Source: Deferrisomatales bacterium
Lineage (GTDB): Bacteria > Desulfobacterota > Deferrisomatia > Deferrisomatales > JACRMM01
Assembly (NCBI GenBank): GCA_033551855.1
Contig: JAWSUI010000053.1
Coordinates: 1 to 24,754 of the forward strand
DNA: 24,754 bases
Reading direction: 5' to 3'
The stretch's first letter is position 1, and the number at the start of each line of letters is the position of its first letter. The notes below the pieces were generated by a model. The model did not search any database and was not told where the DNA came from. It saw only the letters and a program-made list of their open reading frames with translations. Shown here one piece after another: positions 24,494 through 24,754 of the stretch. A program made the position numbers and the translations under genes.

Positions 24494-24754
24494 GGAGTGT
24501 TTCGTAAACACGTGTTCCTCCGAAGCGGCCATCCTTAACAGGATCCTTGATTTATGAGCCGGTGCATTTTTCGCGGGACATTTCCTCTCGGATTTCGTAT
24601 GCTCTGCTTCCATGAAACCGCTGCGCTCCCAGCCAGCCTCCGTCGGTCCCCGCATCCGCAAGGACCTCTGTGCGGACGCGCTGCTGCGCACGCTGAAGAC
24701 CGAGTTTTCGCAGGTTGCGGACTGGCGCGCCGGCGAGGTCGATATCTCGATGGC
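24455..24754 (+). mobile_element. Left end of an insertion sequence (ISNCY, ISDol1-like), truncated by the window edge
   Basis: Begins CAGCAATTCCC, followed 157 bp later by a transposase-like ORF; the other end is not visible. Confidence 0.65.
24612..24754 (+). CDS. Transposase N-terminus (partial)
   Basis: MKPLRSQPASVGPRIRKDLCADALLRTLKTEFSQVADWRAGEVDISM..., resembling the RKxLxADAL...F...D.R...IS start of ISDol1-like transposases. Confidence 0.65.
   Translation, partial: MKPLRSQPASVGPRIRKDLCADALLRTLKTEFSQVADWRAGEVDISM

Overview
High-GC window from the transfer region of an F-type conjugative element (ICE or plasmid). Minus-strand backbone, right to left: MOBF relaxase-helicase, small coiled-coil ORF, predicted oriT (hairpin + TGGGGTGT^G nic), RHH relaxosome protein, TraD coupling protein, DUF1173-like ORF, HU (plus strand), S26 peptidase, TraF, TraH, TraG. 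An isolated trbC lies on the plus strand near the left end. Cargo around and between trbC and traG: two toxin-antitoxin pairs (UPF0175/DUF3368-PIN and Phd/RelE-ParE), an intact IS1595-family IS, and an apparent operon of zinc-finger ORF(s), a beta-CASP RNase J-like MBL hydrolase and a PD-(D/E)xK-like nuclease. Right of the relaxase: a 232-bp MITE related to the IS1595 ends, a two-gene module (198-aa helical ORF + QatC-like QueC-family enzyme) whose 3' end is interrupted by a second IS, and the start of that IS. Most interesting: (i) the QueC-like two-gene module whose partner starts Met-Pro rather than Met-Gly; (ii) the beta-CASP + nuclease candidate defence operon; (iii) a 16-bp NrdR-box-like palindrome exactly 26 bp inside all four IS/MITE ends; (iv) ACAGGAT triple-repeat inverted elements at the 5' ends of traG and traF, one apparently supplying the traG start; (v) an oriT whose polarity would transfer the relaxase gene first. 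All family calls come from motif recognition, not database searches.
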